Positions 26,649 through 36,360 of a stretch of 64,000 nt of DNA are shown here, one piece after another (the first letter of the stretch is position 1; each line of letters starts with the position of its first letter). Under the pieces are notes generated by a model that was not told where the DNA came from, ran no database searches, and saw nothing but the letters and a program-made list of their open reading frames with translations. The translations under genes and the position numbers were made by a program. The stretch lies in the sequence record MT446408.1. One strand, 5' to 3'. Source of the DNA: Escherichia virus TH35.

Positions 26649-28829
26649 TCACCACTTCAAAGGTGTAGCAGTAAGGTTGTTTATGTCGTTGATATCATCT
26701 TGTTCAAGCACGCGCTTAGTCTCAATAGCCGTGCTTCGTGGGTCTTGAGCGCCGTTGACGTTGATGACAACGTTTTTCTGACCCATAGTAATATCACGCC
26801 CACCAGGTCGACTATTCGCGGAGAGGTCGCTGCCGTATTTCTGGAACGCCTCAAGCTGGAATGCGGCAAGACGAGCATTCTTCATCGCTTCGGCCTGAAT
26901 GTTCGGTCTTACGCCTGGAGTTGAAGCCAACTGCATGTTTTTAATATAATCCCTTTGCGTTCCAAGTTTAAGGTAAGTTTGAGCAAAGTCAATATCGCCT
27001 TTGTTAACTTGCCCTTGCATCAACTGCTCAACTGGCACGTTTAGGTATCCTGCAATGGCTTCTTGCAACTGTCTGTATTGCACCGTTTGGCGGGATTGGC
27101 CTTGTACTGGTGCATAGCTTCCTTTCGGCGCTTCTGCTCCGCTACCGCTAAGCACTGGAGTAACTGGTGCACCTTGCGGCGCTCCTGTGGCGTATTCTCC
27201 ATTCGCCTGTCGGTCGAGAGCGGCCATCACCTTGCCAGGATATGCACGGGTGTTCTTTCCCCATCCGCTTCGGTCATATCCACCGTGATACATAGTCAGC
27301 GCAAGATTCCAATCGCCATTGGCAGCTGTTAAATATTCCTTGAGAAGTTGAGCGCCGCCCATAATGTTTTGTCTTGGGTCGTTACCGTCAGTGATTCCAA
27401 GACCCTTGAAGTTGGAAGGCATTATTTGCATCAATCCGGTCGCGCCTGCTCCGCTCACAGCATTAGGGTTGAATCCAGATTCGACTTCTGTGACGGCCTT
27501 CATCATCGCAACAGGGATTCCATAACGCTTGGAGGCTTCCTCATAGATTGAGTCATATGCAGTCGGATTTCCTGACCCCAAGTTGTTGCCTACGGTCGCA
27601 CCAGTGCTTAGTGCTGGCGTGCCAGGCATTGCGGATTGGCCTGCGCTTCGTCCTATCTCACCAGCCCATGCAGCCCACGCTTGTCGCTCATCAATAACAC
27701 CAGCAAAGGTTGAAACGGCGCTTGAAAACAGGTTTATATCGCGAGTGAAAAGTGCTTGCGCAGAACGTTGTTCAGCCGCGTTTTGCTCCTGGTTCCTCTG
27801 GCGCTTCACATCGCCGTCAGCCATCTGAGTTATCCATCTATCAACTGCACGCTCGTGACGCTCGTTAACAGCCGCCTGTTTATCGAACGGGTGTTTCAAA
27901 TCAGCAATGAAATTGTCGACAAATTCAGACCATCCATCAGACATCCTTTGGAACATCATCTGGAATCCTTCGACTGTATCGGCGGTCTTGCTGACAAGCG
28001 TCGAGAATGCAGGCATCACGTTCTCACCGATTACCAGTCCAATGCGTCGCCAGTCTTCTTGAATTTGGCCCATGCTGTTTCGTATCGTTTCAAGCGCAGC
28101 CTGCTGTCTTTGCAGCTTCGCCGTTTCTTCGTCGCTTATACGGGTGCTTTCTTTGACTGATTGATTTCGCTCACGAAGCGCACGGACTTCATCGGCGGTA
28201 AAACCTGCCAGAGCACCAATAGCACGAGCGGTTTGCTCATTCACACTTCTCAGCTTTGTGCCAATTTCATCAAGAAGCTGGTTTGTGTCTTTGATGCCGC
28301 CGTTACTATTGAAAGGACTGGTCCCCATCTTGTTCAGCAACAAGTTGTCCTTGTTCATCACATCTGGGTTGGTGTATGCGTTAAATGCGAGATTAGAAGC
28401 CTTGCTGATTAAATCCCTTGACCCTTGCGCACCAAGAACTCCGCCTGAACTCTCATTCAATTGTCGCTGTAATTGCTCCACGCCAATTGGTGAAAGTCCT
28501 GCTTCAAATCCAAGCTTCCTTTGCGCTTCATATTCTTTTCGAACATCAACGATTGATTTAACGACAACAGCCAATCCTGCGACAACAGGAACGAGCGCGG
28601 CAAAGCGGTAAGTAAGCCGCGCAAGGATTCCGTCAATGGACCCCAGTTCAGCTGTGAGAGGCTTCAGCTCACCAAACACATCTTTGAATGCTCCGGTGAA
28701 GTCCTTGCCAGCGGCCTTTGCCTTTTTGTTTGTCTGATCAACCTTATCTTGCAATTGCTCAAGACGATTGATGGACTCTTTCAAGTCCACCGTGTATTGA
28801 AGAACAAATTTTTCTAATGAGTCAGACAC
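26649..28829 (-). CDS. tail tape measure protein with lytic transglycosylase (SLT) domain
   Basis: N-terminal coiled coil; SLT motif EVESGFNPNAVSGAGATGLMQIMP; 726 aa between tube/chaperone genes and baseplate. Confidence 0.7.
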   Translation of the reverse strand: MSDSLEKFVLQYTVDLKESINRLEQLQDKVDQTNKKAKAAGKDFTGAFKDVFGELKPLTAELGSIDGILARLTYRFAALVPVVAGLAVVVKSIVDVRKEYEAQRKLGFEAGLSPIGVEQLQRQLNESSGGVLGAQGSRDLISKASNLAFNAYTNPDVMNKDNLLLNKMGTSPFNSNGGIKDTNQLLDEIGTKLRSVNEQTARAIGALAGFTADEVRALRERNQSVKESTRISDEETAKLQRQQAALETIRNSMGQIQEDWRRIGLVIGENVMPAFSTLVSKTADTVEGFQMMFQRMSDGWSEFVDNFIADLKHPFDKQAAVNERHERAVDRWITQMADGDVKRQRNQEQNAAEQRSAQALFTRDINLFSSAVSTFAGVIDERQAWAAWAGEIGRSAGQSAMPGTPALSTGATVGNNLGSGNPTAYDSIYEEASKRYGIPVAMMKAVTEVESGFNPNAVSGAGATGLMQIMPSNFKGLGITDGNDPRQNIMGGAQLLKEYLTAANGDWNLALTMYHGGYDRSGWGKNTRAYPGKVMAALDRQANGEYATGAPQGAPVTPVLSGSGAEAPKGSYAPVQGQSRQTVQYRQLQEAIAGYLNVPVEQLMQGQVNKGDIDFAQTYLKLGTQRDYIKNMQLASTPGVRPNIQAEAMKNARLAAFQLEAFQKYGSDLSANSRPGGRDITMGQKNVVINVNGAQDPRSTAIETKRVLEQDDINDINNLTATPLKW

Positions 28830-28832
28830 AGT

Positions 28833-29249
28833 TTACCCCTTGTTTGGAGTCTCGCCGCTGAGGAATGGCGCGATTAATCGCATCGATTCGCCAATAAATG
28901 CTGCAGCCATTTCGCCGCCAGCTTGCTCCCAGTATCCTTCACGTTCAGCGTGAGTCTCTGGGTTGATTCCGTTTTCCATCAACACTGCTTCGAAAACCAA
29001 TTTCAAGTTTTCCCAGTCGCCAAGATGGTTGTCAATAAGTGCGCCAGTGCTCAGAGGAATTTCTTGCCCGACATCAAGTTCAACCTTCGCAAAGCTTAAT
29101 ACTTCCATTGTGTATTCTGAACGAAAGGCAGGGTCTTTTGACATCGCAAATTCGATGAATCGGCGCTGTATGTTCCAACCTTCCATCGCAGTCATTTTGC
29201 TGATTTTAATTTCTACTTTGCGACCAGTTTGTTTATTGGTGATCTTCAT
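28833..29249 (-). CDS. hypothetical tail assembly protein (138 aa)
   Basis: ORF upstream of tape measure. Confidence 0.45.
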   Translation of the reverse strand: MKITNKQTGRKVEIKISKMTAMEGWNIQRRFIEFAMSKDPAFRSEYTMEVLSFAKVELDVGQEIPLSTGALIDNHLGDWENLKLVFEAVLMENGINPETHAEREGYWEQAGGEMAAAFIGESMRLIAPFLSGETPNKG

Positions 29250-29250
29250 T

Positions 29251-29811
29251 TTATATTCCTACTGTTGATTTTATTTTATTATATAACGAACTCACAGTTG
29301 TAGTCAAACTGACTGGCTCTTTAATAGCCACGCCATTTGACGATTCATCTGCGGACTGTTTAGGGTCAAAGCTTCCTTGAATACTAAATGACGTCTGTTC
29401 AAATGTTATTACAATTGAGACTCCATTCAGGTTTTCTTCTGACTGAGTTATTTCGACATCAGACATCGACATTTTGCTTGCAATTATGCTTCGAGAAGTT
29501 ATCGAAAATGTGACTTCATCATTGTCGAATGTATTAATTATGTTTTCAATAGTCGATTGGTCGTTGCAAATTACGTTTAGCGCCATGTGCGCTGGCATTA
29601 TTACTTTTGCCGCCTGTAAATTGCTTACTGAGGATGTGCTTGATACTTCCACCACCTGCATCGCCGTTCCAGCAAGGGGAAATTGAGTAGTTTCTGCTGG
29701 TGATGTTATTTCTGCAGACACTGGAGAAAGCCTTGTCCAGACAGGAAGCCCTGTCGACTCGTTCGTTATGGTCAGAGATTGACCAGAAAGCAGAATCGAA
29801 ACAAAGTCCAT
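29251..29811 (-). CDS. hypothetical tail protein (186 aa)
   Basis: ORF; TGATG overlap with upstream gene. Confidence 0.45.
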   Translation of the reverse strand: MDFVSILLSGQSLTITNESTGLPVWTRLSPVSAEITSPAETTQFPLAGTAMQVVEVSSTSSVSNLQAAKVIMPAHMALNVICNDQSTIENIINTFDNDEVTFSITSRSIIASKMSMSDVEITQSEENLNGVSIVITFEQTSFSIQGSFDPKQSADESSNGVAIKEPVSLTTTVSSLYNKIKSTVGI

Positions 29812-30344
29812 CAGAACATCCCCTTGATGCCATTCATCACCTTTGTTGCAACGCCAGTGACGCTGGCAGTAGTCTCTTTTATATAAGCGATGCCGCGCTC
29901 AATGACAGTGGAGTCGGCTGCTTGCGCTGTTTGAATAGACACATCCTGCTGTGTTAATATCTCATGGAAGACCAGTTGTATGGGTTGTGAAGTTATATTG
30001 TCAGCATCTTGGCTGAAATTGTTATTTTGCAGCACCATACGTTCAAATATTAGCCCACGAGAATTTATTGTGTATATCGTGGACCTGTTCTGCAACATCT
30101 TTGCGATTGCGTCGGATGCGCTTTTTGTCTGTGCTATTACAGTCACAGTCAATATTCTAGGCATTTTGACTCTGCCATCGACAATATAGCTTCCATCTTC
30201 CCTTTGGTTCTTGAATATCTTTGCTTGGAGTCTTATTTTAACGTTAACAATTGCCCAACCAAGCGTTGACACTTCCCCAAGGTTGAAGCTTCTTATTGTG
30301 AAGCTTCTGTTGGAAAGACTATATGACAATAAATCGATAGCCAT
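29811..30344 (-). CDS. hypothetical tail protein (177 aa)
   Basis: ORF in tail module. Confidence 0.45.
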   Translation of the reverse strand: MAIDLLSYSLSNRSFTIRSFNLGEVSTLGWAIVNVKIRLQAKIFKNQREDGSYIVDGRVKMPRILTVTVIAQTKSASDAIAKMLQNRSTIYTINSRGLIFERMVLQNNNFSQDADNITSQPIQLVFHEILTQQDVSIQTAQAADSTVIERGIAYIKETTASVTGVATKVMNGIKGMF

Positions 30345-30841
30345 TAAATTGACCCCAATATGCTCTGCACCACGCCTTTTGCAATTTGCGATGTGCTCTG
30401 TGCGCCGCCGTAGCTGGCAAACACGAATGTGTATCTGTTTGTCTTACGACGACCGGATTGCTCAATGGAGTCGCCAAGCGGACCGCTGATGATGGTTCCG
30501 TTTGAAAATGCCACTCTGCCGCCATCAGGATATGTAATAAGCATTGACGTGACATCCTGTATAGGAAGCCACTTGAATCCGCCTTTACGAGCGGAAAGCA
30601 AAAGCTTTAGGTTTATATCGTCTTCAGTGTTTGGGATCACCGCAATGGATACGCGAACGACGGCGGCCTTGTCATAAATACAAATGCCACCGTCATAAGT
30701 AAGTTGATAGCCTACTGATTCAACTTCCTCAATAATTAGCGAATCCTGGTCATCAGACAAAGAACTGATATTCAGCCCAACAGGGAAAGATTGGAGAGCG
30801 ACAATTCTAATGCTTGTGCCAAATCCACTAATATTGACCAT
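30344..30841 (-). CDS. tail tube protein paralog
   Basis: N-terminus MVNISGFGTSIRIVA closely matches MINVSGFGASIRLVA of 31792-32259. Confidence 0.5.
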   Translation of the reverse strand: MVNISGFGTSIRIVALQSFPVGLNISSLSDDQDSLIIEEVESVGYQLTYDGGICIYDKAAVVRVSIAVIPNTEDDINLKLLLSARKGGFKWLPIQDVTSMLITYPDGGRVAFSNGTIISGPLGDSIEQSGRRKTNRYTFVFASYGGAQSTSQIAKGVVQSILGSI

Positions 30842-30843
30842 GT

Positions 30844-31110
30844 TTACTCCGCAGATGCAGATTTAACTGCCGCAAGAATTTCATCCTTATAAGAAAGACC
30901 TTTGATGTCAATCTCATGTTCCTTTGCATAAGCCTTCAATTCAGAGACGCTCATTGAATCAAAATCAACTTTCGACTCTACTGGCTTCTCTTCTACCTGT
31001 TCTTTCTTTTCCGCAACAGGCTTTGAAGTCTTGTTGAATAATTCCGATGCGTCTTCAAATTTTTCGCCAAATTTCATGACGCCATTAGCAAAATGAATTA
31101 CTTGTGCCAT
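30844..31110 (-). CDS. small protein with HeH/Rho-N-like motif
   Basis: SVSELKAYAKEHEIDIKGLSYKDEILAAV resembles helix-extended-loop-helix (Rho N-terminal/SAP-like) motif. Confidence 0.45.
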   Translation of the reverse strand: MAQVIHFANGVMKFGEKFEDASELFNKTSKPVAEKKEQVEEKPVESKVDFDSMSVSELKAYAKEHEIDIKGLSYKDEILAAVKSASAE

Positions 31111-31466
31111 TATTGATTACTCACCTTTATACGTTCGCCATAAATAGTCACCACTTCAGCGGTAAATCCAAGAATACCGTTTTGGATGGTGACAGTCAAT
31201 GAGTCGATTCCGGCAACGTCTGCTTTCTTCAGAATAGCATCTGCAATCGACTTTCTCGCACCGTCTTCATCAACGGGCGATTTGAAAACAGTGCCCAAAT
31301 AATCGACTCCGTTTTCAACATCGTACAAGTCTTCACCAAGTCGCATTTGATGCGCCGCCTTGATAACTTGTACCATGGCCTTTTCTCCTGACAGAATATT
31401 CAAATTTCTTCCATCAGGCAGAAACAGGTCATTGTTATCATTAACTTCAATCGTTAGAGTTGTCAA
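31110..31466 (-). CDS. hypothetical protein (118 aa)
   Basis: ORF in tail module. Confidence 0.45.
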   Translation of the reverse strand: MTTLTIEVNDNNDLFLPDGRNLNILSGEKAMVQVIKAAHQMRLGEDLYDVENGVDYLGTVFKSPVDEDGARKSIADAILKKADVAGIDSLTVTIQNGILGFTAEVVTIYGERIKVSNQ

Positions 31467-31792
31467 ATTGCAAACTCCGCTTCAGCAGTTTTCTGGAATT
31501 CAGCCAACTCAGATTCTGACATGTAATATAAATTACAGCCGCCAGAGTTAAAATGCTCATAATCGGGCAAGCTGTCAAAAATAAAGTTGCCGTACCCAAT
31601 CATGAGATATTTATAAGGCACCATTGGTATACCACCAAAACAGCGCACCCCTTGAATCAACAATTCGCCATTGCGGTAAACATCTGCGCACATGTGCTCA
31701 ATTGCGGCGAATATGTGCAGTTGCCAATAAGCACCGTCAACGTTAAAGCTGATATTCTGGTTAGGTACGCTGTCAAGTGGTATTTGATACAT
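31463..31792 (-). CDS. hypothetical protein (109 aa)
   Basis: ORF in tail module. Confidence 0.45.
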   Translation of the reverse strand: MYQIPLDSVPNQNISFNVDGAYWQLHIFAAIEHMCADVYRNGELLIQGVRCFGGIPMVPYKYLMIGYGNFIFDSLPDYEHFNSGGCNLYYMSESELAEFQKTAEAEFAI

Positions 31793-32259
31793 TATAAAAT
31801 CTCTTGGTTGCTCACGCCAGTTTTGACTACGTTCTCAAACTTAAAGCGATATTGACGTGTTTTTACACGACCCTGAGACTGGATGCCAGGAATCACTGAA
31901 CCAGTCGTCAAAGTACCCTTGTTCAGTGTGATGACCATGCCAGAAGGATAGGTCAGAATAAGGGTGATCACGTCTTTCGCAGAGTTCTTGCGCTTGCCTA
32001 CACGGTTAGCCGCTGCCAGAACATCTAAGTTTACATCGCTTTCAGAAGTAGGGATGATGTTGACGCCTACTTCAAGAGGGTTGGCACGGTTCCAGACTAC
32101 CAAGTCACCGTTCAATCCCATTGCCGCTTCAGAGATTTGAAGATCAGGCGCGTCAATCGGATCAGCATCGTCTGCGAAATCAGAAAGAGTTACACCATTT
32201 GGAAAAGTGTTTGATGCCACTAAACGAATCGAAGCGCCAAAACCGGAAACGTTAATCAT
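31792..32259 (-). CDS. tail tube protein
   Basis: 155 aa directly downstream of sheath gene; paralog of 30344-30841. Confidence 0.55.
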   Translation of the reverse strand: MINVSGFGASIRLVASNTFPNGVTLSDFADDADPIDAPDLQISEAAMGLNGDLVVWNRANPLEVGVNIIPTSESDVNLDVLAAANRVGKRKNSAKDVITLILTYPSGMVITLNKGTLTTGSVIPGIQSQGRVKTRQYRFKFENVVKTGVSNQEIL

Positions 32260-32306
32260 TACAGATTCCTCTCAGAGAGATGGCCGCCAGTTACGGCGGC
32301 AATTAT

Positions 32307-33845
32307 TTAGATAAGAACGTCACGACCTTCAACGCGACGCACAGCATCATCTTTAGAGTAGATTAGCGTGTATGTTGCATAGTATTCGGTGCGTCCATCG
32401 GAAGTGGTTTCAGTATCAAAATCTACAGTCAGCCAGTAACCGATAGTTTCAACCTGTCGCCAAGCAGTGTTGTCACCGGAAGTTTGCGTGATGTATTGTT
32501 TCTGAATCTCAGTCAGCGCCTTGCCAACAGAGATGGTGCCGTTTACTTTTGCGTTATCCACAGCAACCTGAATCATGGCTTGTACAGTCGCTTTCCCTTC
32601 TTCGTTAGCAGGCACGCGACCCAGATTCAAGAACATGCTAAACAGCTGAGATGTAATAGCAGACTTTAGCCACATTTCGTTGGCATAAGTGTTCATATCA
32701 ACTGCTGCAGTTGAACCGCCCATCAATACGCCGCGCTGGAAGAATGCCAAGGTTTGTCCGGCCTGCTGAGTAGCACCGATGTAGTTCGCACGGTTTTGAT
32801 CAGCAGTATCTGCGCGAGAGTCAGTTGAAACAGTCACGTTGCGAGTATCAAACTGATAATACATGTAGTTTTGAGTCGCATTTACAGTATTATAGTTTGT
32901 TGCCGCGAGGATTTCAGCAGGTGCTTGGTCGATGTAATCGTTGGCAAGGTTAGTTGCACGAATCATCATGCCAACGCCTGAGTACCCTTTCAGAGCGGTG
33001 TAGTATGACCCGATATTGGCGAACGAAGTCGAGAATAAATACATGTACATATTATTCTGCGAATGAGTCCACGCTGCCACAGCGGTAATTTCTTCCAGAG
33101 TTCGGTCAGCCCCAGCAAAAAGGAATGAGCCGAAGTTGTTGGAGATTTCCACAGATGCTGCGATTGCTTCTACCGGACTTGAAACGCCCTGGCCTGCAAC
33201 GGTTACAGTGCCAGTGGTGGTCCAACCTAATGCTTGAGACGGGTCGGTCGGTTGGCCTGTGACATTGATAGACAGATTGCCTGCACCAGCGGTCGACGGC
33301 GCTGCTTCCAGCGTGAACTGCTGAGTATTAGCGTTCCAATACACTTCTGCATCAGCAAGTGCAGGCACCGACATGCCACCTTCTGCTGCAAATTTAGTAT
33401 TGATTGCCGTTTCCAGAAGTTCAGCCACATTTGCCAGACTTGTTGCCGCTGAAAGGTTAATTGCGTCAGTCAGGTAGTCTGTGCCGTCATAAGTGATGCT
33501 TAAAATAGCGCCAGTAAACGCTTGAAACGTAGCAAGCACTTTAGGCTCAGTATCACCGATTACCATCGCTGGAATCGCAGTTGAAACAATACGCGAGAAG
33601 CTGATTGAATCAGGCGAGTTAATTTGCTTGCTGATGAATCCAAAATATAATGCTGCGCGCTTATATTCTTCGGAAGAATAACCGAAATATGATCCAACAG
33701 CATCAGCCGTTGAAAATTCTGCTACAATGCCTGGCGGCAGAACTGTATTAGAAGTCATGACGCGAAGCGACAGTTTGCGAACTGCAACAGCCGCGCCTGC
33801 TCCGACCCCTGATACAATTTTAATATAACGAGATTGACTGATCAC
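32307..33845 (-). CDS. tail sheath protein
   Basis: 512 aa upstream of tube gene; GTG start with AAGAGGA RBS; contractile-tail arrangement. Confidence 0.65.
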   Translation of the reverse strand: MISQSRYIKIVSGVGAGAAVAVRKLSLRVMTSNTVLPPGIVAEFSTADAVGSYFGYSSEEYKRAALYFGFISKQINSPDSISFSRIVSTAIPAMVIGDTEPKVLATFQAFTGAILSITYDGTDYLTDAINLSAATSLANVAELLETAINTKFAAEGGMSVPALADAEVYWNANTQQFTLEAAPSTAGAGNLSINVTGQPTDPSQALGWTTTGTVTVAGQGVSSPVEAIAASVEISNNFGSFLFAGADRTLEEITAVAAWTHSQNNMYMYLFSTSFANIGSYYTALKGYSGVGMMIRATNLANDYIDQAPAEILAATNYNTVNATQNYMYYQFDTRNVTVSTDSRADTADQNRANYIGATQQAGQTLAFFQRGVLMGGSTAAVDMNTYANEMWLKSAITSQLFSMFLNLGRVPANEEGKATVQAMIQVAVDNAKVNGTISVGKALTEIQKQYITQTSGDNTAWRQVETIGYWLTVDFDTETTSDGRTEYYATYTLIYSKDDAVRRVEGRDVLI

Positions 33846-33857
33846 GTCGGTGTCCTC

Positions 33858-34343
33858 TTATTTAATGACTTGGCTGCTGACAGATTGCCACATGAGGCTA
33901 GTGTGAATCAAAGGCTTGTCGAATCCCTTCACACGTACAGTATATCTGGCGTTTGGTTGCCACGGTCCGTTTTTAATTGATTCGACAATCTTTGCTTCCA
34001 TCGCAAGCCCAATTTGACCTAATGCCTGTCTAGCGTCTATTTTACCGGAAAAAATCTTTTTAGCAATTTTATTCTCTATTTCACTGCGCTCACTAACGAA
34101 TAATTCATAGGCATATCTCATGAATGGTCTGGGTGGAACTTCTACCCTGACTGGCCCTTGTCCAAAGTTCAAAACGGCTATGTGACCAAACTCGTTAAGC
34201 CGCGCGACTTCTGACACCAGTATTCCTTCTCCACCAGTTTCTGAAGGGTATCTGGTAGAATCAAACCATCCTGCCTCAACAGTAAGACCCTTCATAGACT
34301 GAAGCGCCTTAATCTGTTTCTCTATCATTTTTGATTTTGTCAT
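33858..34343 (-). CDS. hypothetical head-tail joining protein
   Basis: start set at ATG 34343 (MTKSK...) to clear upstream stop. Confidence 0.45.
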   Translation of the reverse strand: MTKSKMIEKQIKALQSMKGLTVEAGWFDSTRYPSETGGEGILVSEVARLNEFGHIAVLNFGQGPVRVEVPPRPFMRYAYELFVSERSEIENKIAKKIFSGKIDARQALGQIGLAMEAKIVESIKNGPWQPNARYTVRVKGFDKPLIHTSLMWQSVSSQVIK

Positions 34344-34344
34344 A

Positions 34345-34926
34345 TTACACCGGAATATCACCCAAATCATTATTAACAGCTCTTGCAACAGCAGGAGTAT
34401 CAATTGAAATTGCGTTTCTGTGAAGTATTACCAAATCAAAAGAAGGGAATGATTCAAATTGCGACATGTCATCATAAAACTTTTCATTATTATTCATGTC
34501 GATTCGATATACTGATGCCTGATGCTTTTTGAACCAATCCCTCAAATTCGCTTTATGAGTTATGAATCTTGCCAAATAAGTCAATACGTCATTAGCAGTA
34601 GGCTTTTCTGGATTGCCAGGAACTTCTGGAAATAAGCCGCTGATTTGAAAACGTGTAGCGTATATTTGATCTTCAACATCTTTGAATTTTCCGTTTACAA
34701 ATTGAGACTCATCATTGACAAATTCACTTTTCCTCATGGACCATCCAAACGGAACTGAGAATAAAAGGTTAAACCAAATTTGGTCACCAGTCGGAAGACC
34801 CTGTTGAGTCGGTTGATACTTTTTCTGGACCGGAACAGCAGAAAGGTCTGCACGACTATACGCCGCCAGACCTTCTTCAATTCGCGTTGCCAGCATGTCA
34901 ATCAGGTCGACATCTGTCATATACAC
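34345..34926 (-). CDS. hypothetical head-tail joining protein (193 aa)
   Basis: ORF between capsid and sheath genes. Confidence 0.45.
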   Translation of the reverse strand: MYMTDVDLIDMLATRIEEGLAAYSRADLSAVPVQKKYQPTQQGLPTGDQIWFNLLFSVPFGWSMRKSEFVNDESQFVNGKFKDVEDQIYATRFQISGLFPEVPGNPEKPTANDVLTYLARFITHKANLRDWFKKHQASVYRIDMNNNEKFYDDMSQFESFPSFDLVILHRNAISIDTPAVARAVNNDLGDIPV

Positions 34927-34927
34927 C

Positions 34928-35314
34928 TCAAGTAGACACTGGAAAGCTTTGTTTTATTTCCACGGCAAGGCAAGTCGTCCAACCATCTTGGTCAAACCAT
35001 GTCGTTTCATCTTCCATTTTATACGTTTTCCCACCAAACACAAAATAGTCGCCGGAAGCGTCGCGGTCAAGGTCAACAATGTCTTTGTCTACCCAGATTT
35101 TGACATAGTTCTTTTGAAGCTCCAATCCAAGCTCGACGTATTGATTTCGAAGAACAGCCTGCACCGAAGCAAGTAGCGTGATTGGTTCTTCATAAGTGGT
35201 AACGTAGTTGCGCATTTTATCAAGGGTGCGCCCCTTGTACATGTAATATTGAATCGGTTGGCGACCGATGACCTTTGTCGCAACTCGATATAAGTTTACG
35301 CCAGGAATCCTCAC
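34928..35314 (-). CDS. hypothetical protein (128 aa)
   Basis: ORF between capsid and sheath genes. Confidence 0.45.
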   Translation of the reverse strand: MRIPGVNLYRVATKVIGRQPIQYYMYKGRTLDKMRNYVTTYEEPITLLASVQAVLRNQYVELGLELQKNYVKIWVDKDIVDLDRDASGDYFVFGGKTYKMEDETTWFDQDGWTTCLAVEIKQSFPVST

Positions 35315-35775
35315 CAGAATACCCCACCAATTTTACGAAATCCTTCGCGCTCTGGAAGACCGCCAAACGACAAGCCGCCGACAGCCAGTGCTTGCAGAAG
35401 CGCCCAAAGCGCCATGCCATAAGGAGTGCTTGAAAGCCAGTATTCCCAACCATCACTTGCAGGCGGCGCTACCTTATTCACGGTGATGTCACCGATTGTT
35501 GCACCAGTCACGAAGCCGCCTTGTTCAACTCCGTCACCAGAAGACACAGACACCTGTTGGTCTGTGGCTATGCATAAAAGATGAGCCGTCATATATTCCA
35601 ATGCCAGCTCCAATTTACTGCCATTTAAAACACGACAAGGACTGTCTTGTGATTCAATAAATTCACATGCCATGTCATAGAATACTTGAAGCGTTGTGTC
35701 AGGGAATTTTACCTGATCAGCAAACTGTGGAAATTTTATTCTGAACTTTTCGTAATCTAATGACATGGCATTCAC
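35311..35775 (-). CDS. hypothetical protein (154 aa)
   Basis: ORF between capsid and sheath genes. Confidence 0.45.
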   Translation of the reverse strand: MNAMSLDYEKFRIKFPQFADQVKFPDTTLQVFYDMACEFIESQDSPCRVLNGSKLELALEYMTAHLLCIATDQQVSVSSGDGVEQGGFVTGATIGDITVNKVAPPASDGWEYWLSSTPYGMALWALLQALAVGGLSFGGLPEREGFRKIGGVFW

Positions 35776-35780
35776 CTTAT

Positions 35781-36245
35781 TTAAACGCGGAACAAATCAT
35801 CTTCTTGTTCGCCGCTCAATTTAACCTTGATGCGCTTGTCAGCCGTCTCACGCGTCATAGGTGCGAACGGGTCATCTGACATGCCGCGCACTTCTTTAGC
35901 GACAGCTTTATGATTGCCAACGATGTCGTGGTTAACCACTTTAACCAGACCTTTTTCAAGGTGCTGCTTGAATACGTGATGATCTTTTAAATGTTCAAAA
36001 TCAGCATCGCTTACAACGGTGACGATTCCTTCAGGAGTCCACAAAGGTGCACCATCAGCGCCTTTTGCCATTTCACCAAAGCCGGAAGTTGCCGAAGTAA
36101 GACCAGCACCGCCCTTGATCAGAATCTGTTTGCGAATATTTGGAAGAGCGCCTGAACCAGCTTTTGCATTCGGGTTTTCTTTCACTTCCGTATAGAAAGT
36201 GTAGTTGACTGACATAGACATAGTTGAAACGATGTATTTTGGCAT
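35781..36245 (-). CDS. hypothetical head protein (154 aa)
   Basis: ORF immediately downstream of capsid gene. Confidence 0.45.
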   Translation of the reverse strand: MPKYIVSTMSMSVNYTFYTEVKENPNAKAGSGALPNIRKQILIKGGAGLTSATSGFGEMAKGADGAPLWTPEGIVTVVSDADFEHLKDHHVFKQHLEKGLVKVVNHDIVGNHKAVAKEVRGMSDDPFAPMTRETADKRIKVKLSGEQEDDLFRV

Positions 36246-36360
36246 TTTGTAGTCCTATTTATATAAGCCTCAGATAAGCCCCTACAGCCCTTGAGGTCTA
36301 TTGATATGGGGCGAAGCCTTTCGACCACGCCCCATGTGTTTTACTGTGTAATCACAGCAA

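Noticed and set aside
29546-29833. Possible programmed frameshift product in the tail assembly chaperone region
   Set aside because: No slippery heptamer found at the overlap; the adjacent genes are joined by an ordinary TGATG stop/start overlap.
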